Positions 43,753-52,999 of a stretch of 64,000 nt of DNA are shown here, piece after piece. This DNA comes from Anaerolineales bacterium (lineage in GTDB: Bacteria > Chloroflexota > Anaerolineae > Anaerolineales > UBA11858). A program made the translations under genes and the position numbers. Location of the stretch: positions 23,480-87,479 of the forward strand of contig JBGCVQ010000125.1 of the NCBI GenBank assembly GCA_045888315.1, in the 5' to 3' direction. The notes below the pieces were generated by a model. It ran no database searches and was not told the DNA's origin. It saw nothing but the letters and a program-made list of their open reading frames with translations. The number at the start of each line of letters is the position of its first letter. The stretch's first letter is position 1.

Positions 43753-43816
43753 CTTTGGTCTCCTTGTACTAGGATCATTACATATCCATGACGTATAGGG
43801 ACCGCGGAAAGTTCCC

Positions 43817-44545
43817 CTACCATCCCATATCCAGGCGCTGGATATACTCAAGGGGCAATCCCGCCTGCCTCATCCGTTCCTGGACTTCGTGAATATCATA
43901 TTCCACTCGATGTTGGGTCCAGGATCTTTCCTCTGTATCATAGATCGTGTAAGCTGCCCGGGGATCATGGTCGCGGGGTTGTCCGACCGATCCAGGATTG
44001 ACAATCGACCGTTCGGGGAGCACCGTGGTGTCACCCGGGTAAACAAAGGTGACGTTGACCTGTTCTCTACCTGGTTTTTGATAATACAGGACTGGCAGGT
44101 GCGAATGACCTACAAAGCAGTAGGATGTATCAAAGAAATCGAAATTCTCAGTAGCGGTGTAAACATCCATGATGTATTCCCAGACCGGATCCCTGGGGCT
44201 TCCATGAGCCAGGGTCACATCATCGACCACTGCCATCGCTGAGAGGCTCTGCAGATACTGTCTGTGGGTGGGATTGAGCTGATTCGCCGTCCAGCCCAGC
44301 ACAACCTGGGCGGCTGAATTGAACTTCCTGGTAGCGGTCAAACCGATCACGGCGCTGTCGTGATTCCCGCGCAGGCAGACCAGATCAGGTAAACTGCGGA
44401 TCATCGCCACGCAGTCATTTGGATCTGGACCATAACCAATGATATCTCCCAGACACCAGACCGCGTCAACCTTTCCGGCTGCTTCCAAGACAGCCTCCAA
44501 AGCTGAGCGGTTTCCATGAATGTCTGATATTACCAGGGCTTTCAT
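43817..44545 (-). CDS. metallophosphoesterase (calcineurin-like, YfcE/MJ0936 type)
   Basis: DIHGN, GDIIGYGPD, GNHD and GHSH motifs. Start at ATG 44545 (MKALVISD). Confidence 0.85.
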   Translation of the reverse strand: MKALVISDIHGNRSALEAVLEAAGKVDAVWCLGDIIGYGPDPNDCVAMIRSLPDLVCLRGNHDSAVIGLTATRKFNSAAQVVLGWTANQLNPTHRQYLQSLSAMAVVDDVTLAHGSPRDPVWEYIMDVYTATENFDFFDTSYCFVGHSHLPVLYYQKPGREQVNVTFVYPGDTTVLPERSIVNPGSVGQPRDHDPRAAYTIYDTEERSWTQHRVEYDIHEVQERMRQAGLPLEYIQRLDMGW

Positions 44546-44747
44546 TGACGTTCCCTTTACTCCTGAGGGCAGAATATCCCTAATCATACTGGAAACAGGG
44601 ATTCCAGTAAAGCACGAGTTTTTTAAGGAGGGTCTGAAATACTATGATCCCTGCCAATCCACCGCAAATTGGGCTGCTGGACTGGCACCATTCTTGCATT
44701 AAATAGAAAGGGGTGCCTCATTCTGGGGCAAAATAAGCGTTTAAAGG

Positions 44748-44753
44748 TAAAAT
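44748..44753 (+). promoter_or_regulatory. possible -10 element for the LysM-M23 gene array
   Basis: TAAAAT lies 12 nt before ATG 44766. No SD is present and I see no convincing -35. Confidence 0.3.
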
Positions 44754-44765
44754 GTACCCTGAATT

Positions 44766-46271
44766 ATGACGATTTCAAAACGATCCATCCTGCTGCTCCT
44801 GAGCTTGACCTTGTGGTCCTGCACCAGGCAAGCACACACCGCTCCCTATATCAATTTCTCTGATATCGAATCGGGTCAGCTGGGCGAACCCACAGTGGAT
44901 CCCTACCTGCCCCCCACCAGGGTCGCAGATCAGCCGATCTTCACCCCCACACCAAGCCCTCCCAAACCCCTGCCCACCCTGCGGACAGAGGATATCTACT
45001 ACTCCGTGCAGTGGGGAGACAGCATCAAATCCATCGCTCTCCGCTACAATTTGCTGCCGGAAGTGATCATTGAAGCCAATCAGATCAGTGACCCCAGCTT
45101 GATCTATTACGGGCAGCAGCTGCTCCTGCCAGCCCCGCAGATCAGCGAGACCGGACCGGGTTATAAGATCATCCCTGATTCAGAGCTGGTGAGAAGTCCC
45201 TATACCGTCCGATTCCAGATCGACGCTTTCATCAACAACTGGCCGGGGTACCTGAAGGATTACCAGGAAGAAGTCGACGAGGAAATTCAAACTGGCGCAG
45301 AGATCGTCGCCAGGATCGCTGCTGATTATTCGGTCAACCCCCGGCTGCTGCTGGCGATCATCGAGTACCAATCCGGCTGGCTTACCACCCAGGAAGGAAA
45401 GAACAATCCGTTCCCGCTGAACTACAAGGAAAGCGGCTATGAAGGTCTCTACCACCAGCTGGCCTGGGCAGCCGATGAGCTCAATCTGGGATATTACCTG
45501 TGGCAGGTGAAAGGGGTAGGCTCTTGGACCTGCAAGGACGGCATCACTGTTCCCATTGACGCAACCATCAATGCCGGGACAGCAGGAGTCCAGCAGCTGT
45601 TCGCCCGACTGCTGCCCCATCGAAAGTGGCTGGACGCAGTGGGTGAAGACGGTTTCGTTAATACCTATACCAACCTGTTTGGCTACCCGTTCGACTACAA
45701 CTATACTCCCCTGGTCCCTGCTGACCTGGTCCAGCCGGAGCTGCAGCTGCCTTTCGAGGACGGCGTGCCCTGGCTTTTCACGGGAGGACCCCATGGGGGA
45801 TGGGATAACGGCTCAGCCTGGGCGGCGCTGGACTTCGCCCCAGCCAACAAGGACCTTGGATGCAGCAACAGCGATGATTGGGTGGTAGCCGTGGCTGACG
45901 GTCCCATCGTCCGCTCTGACCATGGCGCTGTCGTGCAGAGCATCGACGGGGATCCCTATGACCAGACCGGCTGGGCCATCCTCTACATGCATATCGAAAC
46001 CAGGGACCGGGTGGAGGTCGGCACTCACCTGGCGGCAGGTGACCGCATCGGCCATCCCTCCTGCGAAGGGGGGATCTCGACCGGCTCGCATCTGCATATT
46101 GCCCGGCGGTATAATGGGGAATGGATTCCCGCAGACCAGGACCTGCCTTTCGTACTGGACGGCTGGGTCTCGCAGGGTCTAGGTTATGCCTACCAGGGAT
46201 TGCTGGTTCGCGGCGACCAGGTCATCCAGGCAGAAGACTCCAAGACTGAAGTCAACAGGATTCAACGGTAA
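44766..46271 (+). CDS. LysM domain / M23-family peptidase lipoprotein, paralog 1
   Basis: Signal sequence with Cys (TLWSC), LysM (YYSVQWGDSIKSIALRYN...GQQLLLP), and an M23-like C-terminus (AALDFAP, ILYMHIE, GSHLHIARRYNGEW). Confidence 0.8.
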   Translation: MTISKRSILLLLSLTLWSCTRQAHTAPYINFSDIESGQLGEPTVDPYLPPTRVADQPIFTPTPSPPKPLPTLRTEDIYYSVQWGDSIKSIALRYNLLPEVIIEANQISDPSLIYYGQQLLLPAPQISETGPGYKIIPDSELVRSPYTVRFQIDAFINNWPGYLKDYQEEVDEEIQTGAEIVARIAADYSVNPRLLLAIIEYQSGWLTTQEGKNNPFPLNYKESGYEGLYHQLAWAADELNLGYYLWQVKGVGSWTCKDGITVPIDATINAGTAGVQQLFARLLPHRKWLDAVGEDGFVNTYTNLFGYPFDYNYTPLVPADLVQPELQLPFEDGVPWLFTGGPHGGWDNGSAWAALDFAPANKDLGCSNSDDWVVAVADGPIVRSDHGAVVQSIDGDPYDQTGWAILYMHIETRDRVEVGTHLAAGDRIGHPSCEGGISTGSHLHIARRYNGEWIPADQDLPFVLDGWVSQGLGYAYQGLLVRGDQVIQAEDSKTEVNRIQR

Positions 46272-46276
46272 CCACG

Positions 46277-47848
46277 GTGAAAAAGATCATCCTCTCCCTG
46301 CTAGCGCTTTCCATGGCAGGATGCAGCCTGTACCAGAAGACACCCCCTATTTTCGTGCCTCCTGTCGGTTCAACCCCTACCGTCCAGAATTTCAGCAATT
46401 CGCCCACCCAGGCCCCGACCGCTCAGACCACACAAGTGCCAGCTGAGGAATTCCAACCCACACCCACCGCTGACCTCCCACCCACAGAGACCCTGGTGCC
46501 GACCCCCGAGGAGCAGCAGGAGCCCATCGTTTACCATGCCCAGGCGGGAGACACACTGGCCGTGGTGGCAACCCATTTTGGCGTCAGCAAGGACCAGATC
46601 CAGTCCAATGAAGACATCCCGGAGACCTCGTTCATCAATCCGGGCACGCTGCTGGTGATTCCCCAGGTGCTGAGGAATACGACCTCGGGAGTGCATCTTC
46701 TTCCCGACAGTGAGTTTGTCTATTCCCGGGCGATCACCGACAGCGATTTCCCGGATGACGTGGTCCAGTTCGTCCAGGATGCCGGCGGCTATCTCAGTGA
46801 AGAGCGGGAGTACGAGCACACCACCCTGACCAATGGGGGTGAGATCGTTGACGAGATCGCCCGTAATAACTCCATCAATCCCTTTTTGCTGCTGGCCTTA
46901 TTGGAATACCAGAGCAATTGGGTGTTCGGACAACCCCAAAATCTCGCCCAGCTGAAATATCCCCTTGGTTATATCAATTATGATGATGCCGGCCTGGTGA
47001 ACCAGCTGCGCTGGGCAGTCAACCAGCTCTCAATAGGCTATTACGGCTGGCGGGAGGGCAGGCTGACAGAGATCATCCTCAAGGACGCCGAGTCCTCCTC
47101 CCGGGAGGTTACTGCCCGGATCGAGCCCAGTTTGAACGCCGGTACCGTTGCCCTGCAGTTCTACTTCTCCGAGATCTATGACAGCGAGGAATGGATCCAG
47201 GCCCTGGATGATGACACCGGCTTTATCATCACCTACGATGATATGTTCGGCTCCCCGGAGAACAGGACCCAGTACGAACCGCTCTTCTCCCACGACCTGG
47301 TCCAGCCCGATCTGCAGCTGCCGTTCATGAGCGGGGTGGTCTGGAACTTCACTGGCGGTCCTCACGGTGCCTGGGAAAGGGAAGGCTCCTGGAGCGCCCT
47401 GGACTTTGCGCCCTCTGGTTTCAGGGGAGAGTGCTCCCGTTCCTACTCCTATGTCACTGCAGCCGCGTCCGGCCTGGTTGTCCGGGCTGAAGATGGAGCG
47501 GTGGTGATCAACCTCGACTACAATGATAACGAGCATACCGGCTGGGTGCTGCTGTATCTACACATTGCCACAGAAGGGCGCCTGGTCAACGCCGGAGATG
47601 AGGTCAATGCTGGCGACAGACTCGGCAATCCCTCCTGCGAGGGAGGCATTGCCACCGGCACCCACGTACACATAGCCAGGAAATACAACGGGGAATGGAT
47701 GACCGCCGATGGACCGATCCCGTTCGTCCTCAGCGGCTGGACAGCTCACAATGGATCCGGACCCTATAAAGGCACCCTCACCAAACCAGGCGAGACCACG
47801 GTCACTGCCAGCTCTTACAGCGCTCCCGGAAGCCAGATAACGCGGTAA
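46277..47848 (+). CDS. LysM domain / M23-family peptidase lipoprotein, paralog 2
   Basis: GTG start. Lipobox-like LSMAGC, LysM (VYHAQAGDTLAVVATHFG), and an M23-like C-terminus (SALDFAP, LLYLHIA, GTHVHIARKYNGEW). Confidence 0.8.
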   Translation: MKKIILSLLALSMAGCSLYQKTPPIFVPPVGSTPTVQNFSNSPTQAPTAQTTQVPAEEFQPTPTADLPPTETLVPTPEEQQEPIVYHAQAGDTLAVVATHFGVSKDQIQSNEDIPETSFINPGTLLVIPQVLRNTTSGVHLLPDSEFVYSRAITDSDFPDDVVQFVQDAGGYLSEEREYEHTTLTNGGEIVDEIARNNSINPFLLLALLEYQSNWVFGQPQNLAQLKYPLGYINYDDAGLVNQLRWAVNQLSIGYYGWREGRLTEIILKDAESSSREVTARIEPSLNAGTVALQFYFSEIYDSEEWIQALDDDTGFIITYDDMFGSPENRTQYEPLFSHDLVQPDLQLPFMSGVVWNFTGGPHGAWEREGSWSALDFAPSGFRGECSRSYSYVTAAASGLVVRAEDGAVVINLDYNDNEHTGWVLLYLHIATEGRLVNAGDEVNAGDRLGNPSCEGGIATGTHVHIARKYNGEWMTADGPIPFVLSGWTAHNGSGPYKGTLTKPGETTVTASSYSAPGSQITR

Positions 47849-47850
47849 AA

Positions 47851-49353
47851 TTGGTTGCCATGCACCAGCGATCAACTTCATCCCCGGGTTTAGCCAAGAT
47901 CCTGGGCAGCGTTCTGCTGCTGGGAATCCTGCTGTCAGCATGCCTGCCAACCAGCGGTCCGCAGTTCCCCCAGGTTCCGGTTGAAACGATCCCGGCTACC
48001 AGCATCCCCATCCCCATCACGGAGAGACCCGTTTACGCACCGGGAGAGCTGGTTGATTACACTGTCCAGAGCGGAGATACCCTCTCCAACCTGGCTTTCC
48101 GATTCAACACCACGATCCAGGAGATCCTGGAAGAGAACCCGGTCATCCCGGAGGACGCCACCACCCTGCCACCAGGGCTGCCCATGCAGATCCCCATCTA
48201 CTATGAATCCCTGTGGGGTCCCCAGTACCAGATCCTGCCAAATTGCTCCTATGTCAACGGACCGGCCCAGATCGAGTTCAACCTGGAAGAATTCGTCCAA
48301 TCCCAACCAGGATGGTTCAAGGACTACGAACAGTACGCAGCTGACCAGCAGCGCAGCGGGGCAGAGATCATAGACTATATCTCCACCCACTTCAGCATCA
48401 GCCCCCGCATCCTGCTGGCCTTGCTGGAATACCAGCTGGGGGCACTCAGCGATCCCAACCCACCGGATGGTTTACTGACCGGCTATCCCCTGGGGTACCA
48501 GGCAAGCGGCTATCATGGTCTGTATATCCAGCTGGTTTGGGCAGCCAACCGCCTCAACCAGGGCTACTACGGCTGGCTGGAAGGCCGCCTTGATACCCTG
48601 GAATTCTCGGATGAGACCATTGAGCATCCCGATCCCTGGCAGAATGCAGCCACGGTCGCCCTCCAGTATTATTTCTCCCGGCTGGAAAGCAAGGGGGACT
48701 ACTATCAATCCATCGGCCCGGCGGGGTTCGCCGCGACCTACCAGAAATTATTCGGGGATCCCTGGACCTGCGAACCCCTCATTCCCGGCAGCCTGCGCCA
48801 GCCCGCCATGATCCTGCCCTTCAAACAGGGTAAGACCTGGGCTTTTACCGGTGGACCCCATACCGGTTGGGGCCAGGGGGACCCCTGGGCCGCATTGGAC
48901 TTTGCCCCTCCCAGCAACGTCGGCGGGTGCGAGATCACCGGCGAGTGGGCTGTAGCTGTCGCGCCCGGAGTGATCGCACGCAGCGAGCTCGGCTTGATCG
49001 AGCTCGACCTGGACGGCGATGGCGATCACCGCACCGGGTGGGTGGTACTCTACCTTCATCTCGGCACCCAGGACAAGATCGCTCCAGGTTCCACAGTTGC
49101 AGCCGGGGACCAGCTGGGGCATCCCTCCTGTGAAGGCGGCGAAAGCACAGGATCGCACATCCACATCGCCCGCAAATACAATGGGGAGTGGATTCCCGCC
49201 TACGGCGTGCTGCCCTTCAATCTCAGCGGTTGGATCGCCCAGCAGGGTGGGTCCGAGTATCAGGGTACCCTGACGCGCTTCGGGAAAGTCATCATCGCCA
49301 GCGTTGAGGCAGAAGAGAAAAGCCTGATCAGCGCCCCTGCTGACGGCCAATAA
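47851..49353 (+). CDS. LysM domain / M23-family peptidase lipoprotein, paralog 3
   Basis: The track start is TTG 47851; an in-frame ATG lies at 47860. Lipobox LLSAC, LysM (DYTVQSGDTLSNLAFRFN), and an M23-like C-terminus (AALDFAP, VLYLHLG, GSHIHIARKYNGEW). Confidence 0.8.
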   Translation: MVAMHQRSTSSPGLAKILGSVLLLGILLSACLPTSGPQFPQVPVETIPATSIPIPITERPVYAPGELVDYTVQSGDTLSNLAFRFNTTIQEILEENPVIPEDATTLPPGLPMQIPIYYESLWGPQYQILPNCSYVNGPAQIEFNLEEFVQSQPGWFKDYEQYAADQQRSGAEIIDYISTHFSISPRILLALLEYQLGALSDPNPPDGLLTGYPLGYQASGYHGLYIQLVWAANRLNQGYYGWLEGRLDTLEFSDETIEHPDPWQNAATVALQYYFSRLESKGDYYQSIGPAGFAATYQKLFGDPWTCEPLIPGSLRQPAMILPFKQGKTWAFTGGPHTGWGQGDPWAALDFAPPSNVGGCEITGEWAVAVAPGVIARSELGLIELDLDGDGDHRTGWVVLYLHLGTQDKIAPGSTVAAGDQLGHPSCEGGESTGSHIHIARKYNGEWIPAYGVLPFNLSGWIAQQGGSEYQGTLTRFGKVIIASVEAEEKSLISAPADGQ

Positions 49354-49511
49354 TTCCCTTTTTCCAGATTTCCAGATAGTCGAGAACCCTGCTCCAGGCC
49401 AGGAAAGGTCTGATTCTCCCTGTTAATCCCCCAAAACAGCTTAAAAACGCCCAAAAATCAGCTGAGGTTCAATAAATTTAATATATATTTCAATTTTTCT
49501 TATTTTTCCTC

Positions 49512-49539
49512 TTGACAAACTAAAATTTATTGATATACT
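49512..49539 (+). promoter_or_regulatory. strong sigma-70-like promoter in an AT-rich region
   Basis: TTGACA (49512-49517), a 16-nt spacer, then extended -10 TGaTATACT (49531-49539). An AT-rich UP-like tract lies upstream. Confidence 0.6.
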
Positions 49540-49574
49540 GTAATCATAGTTTAGGAAAAAATAAGGAGGTTGAG

Positions 49575-49763
49575 ATGTATACAACCCAGTTAGATGTCTT
49601 CAAAACACAGCAGCAGGAGCTTCACCGCCAGGCAGCGGAATATCGGTTGATCAAATCCCTGGCCAAGCCGGCTCCCCTGACAGCCAGAATCGCCCGGACG
49701 CTTGGACAGACTTTGATCGTGTCCGGACAGGAACTTATCAAGGAATCCCGGTCCACGCTTTAG
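49575..49763 (+). CDS. 62-aa hypothetical protein, tandem paralog 1
   Basis: MYTTQLDVFKTQQQELHRQAAEYRLIKSL... An AAGGAGG SD lies at 49563-49569. Track ORF 49530..49763 has 15 extra codons. Confidence 0.7.
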   Translation: MYTTQLDVFKTQQQELHRQAAEYRLIKSLAKPAPLTARIARTLGQTLIVSGQELIKESRSTL

Positions 49764-49804
49764 GCAGCGGCCGGAGTCCCCGGTAGTATCAACGGGAGGC
49801 AGAG

Positions 49805-49993
49805 ATGATTACCGTAGATCTAGAAGTCTTCAAAACCCAACAGCAGGAACTGCACCGCCGGGCGGCCCATTATCACCTGGTCCGGTCCCTCGAGAAGAAC
49901 ACTTCGCCGATGATTGGCGTTTACGCAGTCCTTGGCAATGCCCTGATCGTACTCGGACAGAGTCTGCTCAAGCGCACCCAGGCAGCCCATTAG
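49805..49993 (+). CDS. 62-aa hypothetical protein, tandem paralog 2
   Basis: MITVDLEVFKTQQQELHRRAAHYHLVRSL... A GGGAGG SD is present. Confidence 0.7.
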   Translation: MITVDLEVFKTQQQELHRRAAHYHLVRSLEKNTSPMIGVYAVLGNALIVLGQSLLKRTQAAH

Positions 49994-50024
49994 GGATCGA
50001 CCTTTTTGCTAACGGAAGGATCAT

Positions 50025-50213
50025 ATGTTCACAGCGAACTTAATTGAATTCAAAACCCAGCAGCTAGAACTGCACCGGCAGGCGGCCCGCTACCGTCTGG
50101 TCAGATCACTAGCAAACACCCAGGCTCGGAAGAGCATTGGCTCATCCCGATCGGGCCGCCAACCGGCAGCTCCCCTGCGGTTCTTGGCCAACCAGCCCCG
50201 GGCAGCTCACTGA
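50025..50213 (+). CDS. 62-aa hypothetical protein, tandem paralog 3 (divergent C-terminus)
   Basis: MFTANLIEFKTQQLELHRQAARYRLVRSL... A GGAAGGA SD is present. Confidence 0.65.
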   Translation: MFTANLIEFKTQQLELHRQAARYRLVRSLANTQARKSIGSSRSGRQPAAPLRFLANQPRAAH

Positions 50214-50239
50214 GGGTCCATTCAAACAAGGAGATAATC

Positions 50240-50626
50240 ATGCATCCCATTCCATCTCAATGCCCGATCTGCGGCGGTGAAATCATAGTCACTGAAATCC
50301 AATGCAGGGACTGCAACACCAAGATCGAAGGCCAGTTCTACTCCAGGACATTTTCACAGCTGACTCCCAAGCAGATGGAGTTCGTGGAGACATTCATCCG
50401 CCTGGAAGGCAAGATCACCCACATGGAGAAAGAGCTCAACCTCTCTTATCCGACCATTCGCAAGCTGCTTCATGATGTCATCCGCGCCCTGGGCTACGAG
50501 CCGGGCGGCGAAGAAGAGCTGGCAGAGCTTTCGGAAGAGGATCGTCAGAAGATCCTCAACGAACTCGACAGCGGGGAGATCAGCCTGGAAGACGCCCTCA
50601 AGAAGCTGCAGGATGAGGAGAGCTGA
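50240..50626 (+). CDS. DUF2089-like zinc-ribbon/HTH protein with a C-terminal LiaX/SHOCT-like helical motif
   Basis: CPICGGEIIVTEIQCRDCNTKIEG zinc ribbon, LTPKQMEFVETFIRLEGKITHMEKELNLSYPTIRKLL, and C-terminal EEDRQKILNELDSGEISLEDALKKL. An AAGGAG SD is present. Confidence 0.7.
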   Translation: MHPIPSQCPICGGEIIVTEIQCRDCNTKIEGQFYSRTFSQLTPKQMEFVETFIRLEGKITHMEKELNLSYPTIRKLLHDVIRALGYEPGGEEELAELSEEDRQKILNELDSGEISLEDALKKLQDEES

Positions 50627-50628
50627 TC

Positions 50629-51849
50629 ATGGCAGAACAAAACTTCCCTCGAGAAGACCTCGTCAGCCTAGAGTTCAGTTCGATCGGCGGTGACCTGCAT
50701 CTCAGCGGCTGGAGCCGGGACGAGATCCGCATCAACGATGCGGACGGAGATGCAAAGACCCAGAAAAAGAAAACGACTTTCCAGGTCAGCAGCCCGGGTG
50801 ATCTTTTCATCCACATTCCCCACAGCCTGGCGGTGTCCATTAAAAATGTCAGCGGGGACGCCCATATCAAGGGAATCGGCGGAGACCTGGACCTGGATTC
50901 TGTCGCTGGCGATCTGAACTTGAGAGAAGTGCGCTCCGCCAGGATCAAAACCTGCGCGGGCAATCTGACCGCATCCCGGGTCCAGGGAGATTTACGAGGC
51001 GACTCGATCAGCGGCGACTGCCTGGTTAACGACGTCCAGGGGCAGGTTGAGCTCAAGGATGTCGCTGGTGACCTCCAAATCCAGAAGATTGACGGCGGCA
51101 TTGACGCCAAGGCTGCGGGTGACGGCATGGTCGATTTCCATCCGGTACCCTGGCAGGCCTACCGTATCAAGGTCAGCGGCGATCTCGCGGTCATCATGCC
51201 CGCAGATATCGATGCGGACCTCTCCATCAGCAGCGGTGAAGAGGACATCCGGATCTTCCCAGGAAAACTGAATATCCACAGCAAGGTAAAGGAATTTGAA
51301 CACAAGCTGGGGGAAGGGGGTACGGCAATCCACTTGAGCGCGGCGGGCAGCGTCTTCATCAGCGATAACGAATTCGACCTGCTGGCCGGATTCAAGGTCA
51401 ACCTGGAGGAATTTGGCCGGTTAACTGCTGATTTCTCGCTGGAGTCCGCTGAACAGATCAAGGCCAGCATGGGGAACCTGGAAGAGGAATTGAGGGAATC
51501 CCTCTCCGGCCTGGCAGAATCCCTGGAGGACATCGGCCTCTCCGAGGAATCCCTCCGGGACCTGGGAGTGCAGATCGAAGAAACCAGCCGCAAGGCAGCA
51601 GAGAAAGCCCAGATCGCGGCCATCAAAGCCCAGGCCGGGGCAGAGAAAGAGATCGCCAAAGCCAGAAAGAAAGCCATCAAAGCCCGGGAAAAAGCCAAAC
51701 AATTCGATATCAATGAGTTCCTGGCTTCCAAATCGTCCAGGGGTTCTGTGACCGAAAAGGAAAGGATGCTGATCCTGCAAATGCTCCAGGAAAAGAAGAT
51801 CAGCGCAGAGGAAGCGGACAAGCTCTTGAAAGCATTGGAGGGCAAATAA
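50629..51849 (+). CDS. DUF4097-like beta-repeat protein (LiaG/YvlB-like) with a coiled coil and a C-terminal LiaX/SHOCT-like motif
   Basis: About 13 xxGDLxxxx repeats (IGGDLHLSG, IGGDLDLDS, VAGDLNLRE, VAGDLQIQK...). A Lys/Ala-rich coiled coil is followed by the C-terminal KERMLILQMLQEKKISAEEADKLLKAL. Confidence 0.7.
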   Translation: MAEQNFPREDLVSLEFSSIGGDLHLSGWSRDEIRINDADGDAKTQKKKTTFQVSSPGDLFIHIPHSLAVSIKNVSGDAHIKGIGGDLDLDSVAGDLNLREVRSARIKTCAGNLTASRVQGDLRGDSISGDCLVNDVQGQVELKDVAGDLQIQKIDGGIDAKAAGDGMVDFHPVPWQAYRIKVSGDLAVIMPADIDADLSISSGEEDIRIFPGKLNIHSKVKEFEHKLGEGGTAIHLSAAGSVFISDNEFDLLAGFKVNLEEFGRLTADFSLESAEQIKASMGNLEEELRESLSGLAESLEDIGLSEESLRDLGVQIEETSRKAAEKAQIAAIKAQAGAEKEIAKARKKAIKAREKAKQFDINEFLASKSSRGSVTEKERMLILQMLQEKKISAEEADKLLKALEGK

Positions 51850-51850
51850 G

Positions 51851-52513
51851 ATGACCTCTTCAGAATCCAAAGAACGGTTGGAGATCCTCGAGATGATCCA
51901 GCAAGGGAAGATCAGCCCGGAGGATGGGCTGAAACTCATCAATGCCCTCCAGGAGAGTCAGGAACAAGAGGAACAAGAATACCTCCAGGCCCGGGAAGAG
52001 ATGCTTTATCCTCCCGTGGAAGGACAGGAACCTCTTGAATCCCCGGAGATTCAAGAACCGGGTATCGACCAGGACGAAATGGACAGTTGGCGCCGCTGGT
52101 GGGTGATCCCCTTCTGGATCGGAGTCGGGATCACGGTATTGGGAGGTTCCTTGATGTACTGGGCCTGGGCGGCTCACGGGATCGGGTTGGGCTTTATCGC
52201 AGCCTGGATCCCCTTCCTGATCGGCCTGGGTATCATGGTCCTGGGCTGGAACAGCCGCAGTGGTCCCTGGATCCATATTCGAGTCCACCAAAAAACAGGC
52301 GATTCCCCGGAGAGGATCACCATCAGCCTGCCTCTGCCTGTGCGTTTCTTTGCCTGGACCATCCGCACCTTCGGGCGCTGGATCCCGGATATTCCCGGCG
52401 GCGTGGACGAGGTCATCCTGGCCTTAAGCAGGTATGCCCCGGGAGATGCGCCTTTGAGCATCAACGTCGATGACGAAGAGGAAGGCCAAAAAGTCATTAT
52501 CTATATCGGTTAG
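51851..52513 (+). CDS. membrane protein with an N-terminal LiaX/YvlB-like helical motif
   Basis: SKERLEILEMIQQGKISPEDGLKLINAL, an acidic linker, and two TM helices (WWVIPFWIGVGITVLGGSLMYW, FIAAWIPFLIGLGIMVLGW). The C-terminal domain is paralogous to the next gene. Confidence 0.65.
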   Translation: MTSSESKERLEILEMIQQGKISPEDGLKLINALQESQEQEEQEYLQAREEMLYPPVEGQEPLESPEIQEPGIDQDEMDSWRRWWVIPFWIGVGITVLGGSLMYWAWAAHGIGLGFIAAWIPFLIGLGIMVLGWNSRSGPWIHIRVHQKTGDSPERITISLPLPVRFFAWTIRTFGRWIPDIPGGVDEVILALSRYAPGDAPLSINVDDEEEGQKVIIYIG

Positions 52514-52539
52514 GCGATTTCCTAACAAGGAGCAGGAAC

Positions 52540-52920
52540 ATGGTTACCAGCGAAGAAAGAATGAAGATTCTGAAAATGATCAGTGAGGACAAGATCACCG
52601 CGGAACAAGGAGCCCAGCTGCTTTCCGTATTGACCAAACACAGCGACAAACCCCGCCCGGGCCCGAAACGCAGCCTCGCCGGCCAGATGCTCCGGATCAG
52701 GGTCACTGATATGGCCAGCGGCAAGACCAAGGTCCATGTCAACCTGCCCATGCGGCTGGTCGATGCAGGACTGAACATCGCCGCCCAGTTCACCCCAGAG
52801 ATGGAAGACGGGCAGATGATGGAAGCGGTCAAAGAAGCCCTGTCCGAGAACGTCACCGGCAAGATCGTTGATGTCATCGACGAGGAAGATGGCGAACACG
52901 TCGAGATCTTCATCGACTGA
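52540..52920 (+). CDS. soluble protein with an N-terminal LiaX/YvlB-like helical motif
   Basis: SEERMKILKMISEDKITAEQGAQLLSVL. Its C-terminal domain (LRIRVTD...VHVNLPMRL...EHVEIFID) resembles that of the 51851 product. An AAGGAG SD is present. Confidence 0.65.
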   Translation: MVTSEERMKILKMISEDKITAEQGAQLLSVLTKHSDKPRPGPKRSLAGQMLRIRVTDMASGKTKVHVNLPMRLVDAGLNIAAQFTPEMEDGQMMEAVKEALSENVTGKIVDVIDEEDGEHVEIFID

Positions 52921-52951
52921 CAGCCCCTGGACGTTGACCAGAAACCAAAAA

Positions 52952-52974
52952 AGCCCGGATATCCGGGCTTTTTT
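52952..52974. terminator. bidirectional intrinsic terminator
   Basis: AGCCCGGAT/ATCCGGGCT perfect hairpin, flanked by A6 and T6. Confidence 0.85.
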
Positions 52975-52999
52975 ATTGAAGCAGGGTCAGCAGGGAGAA

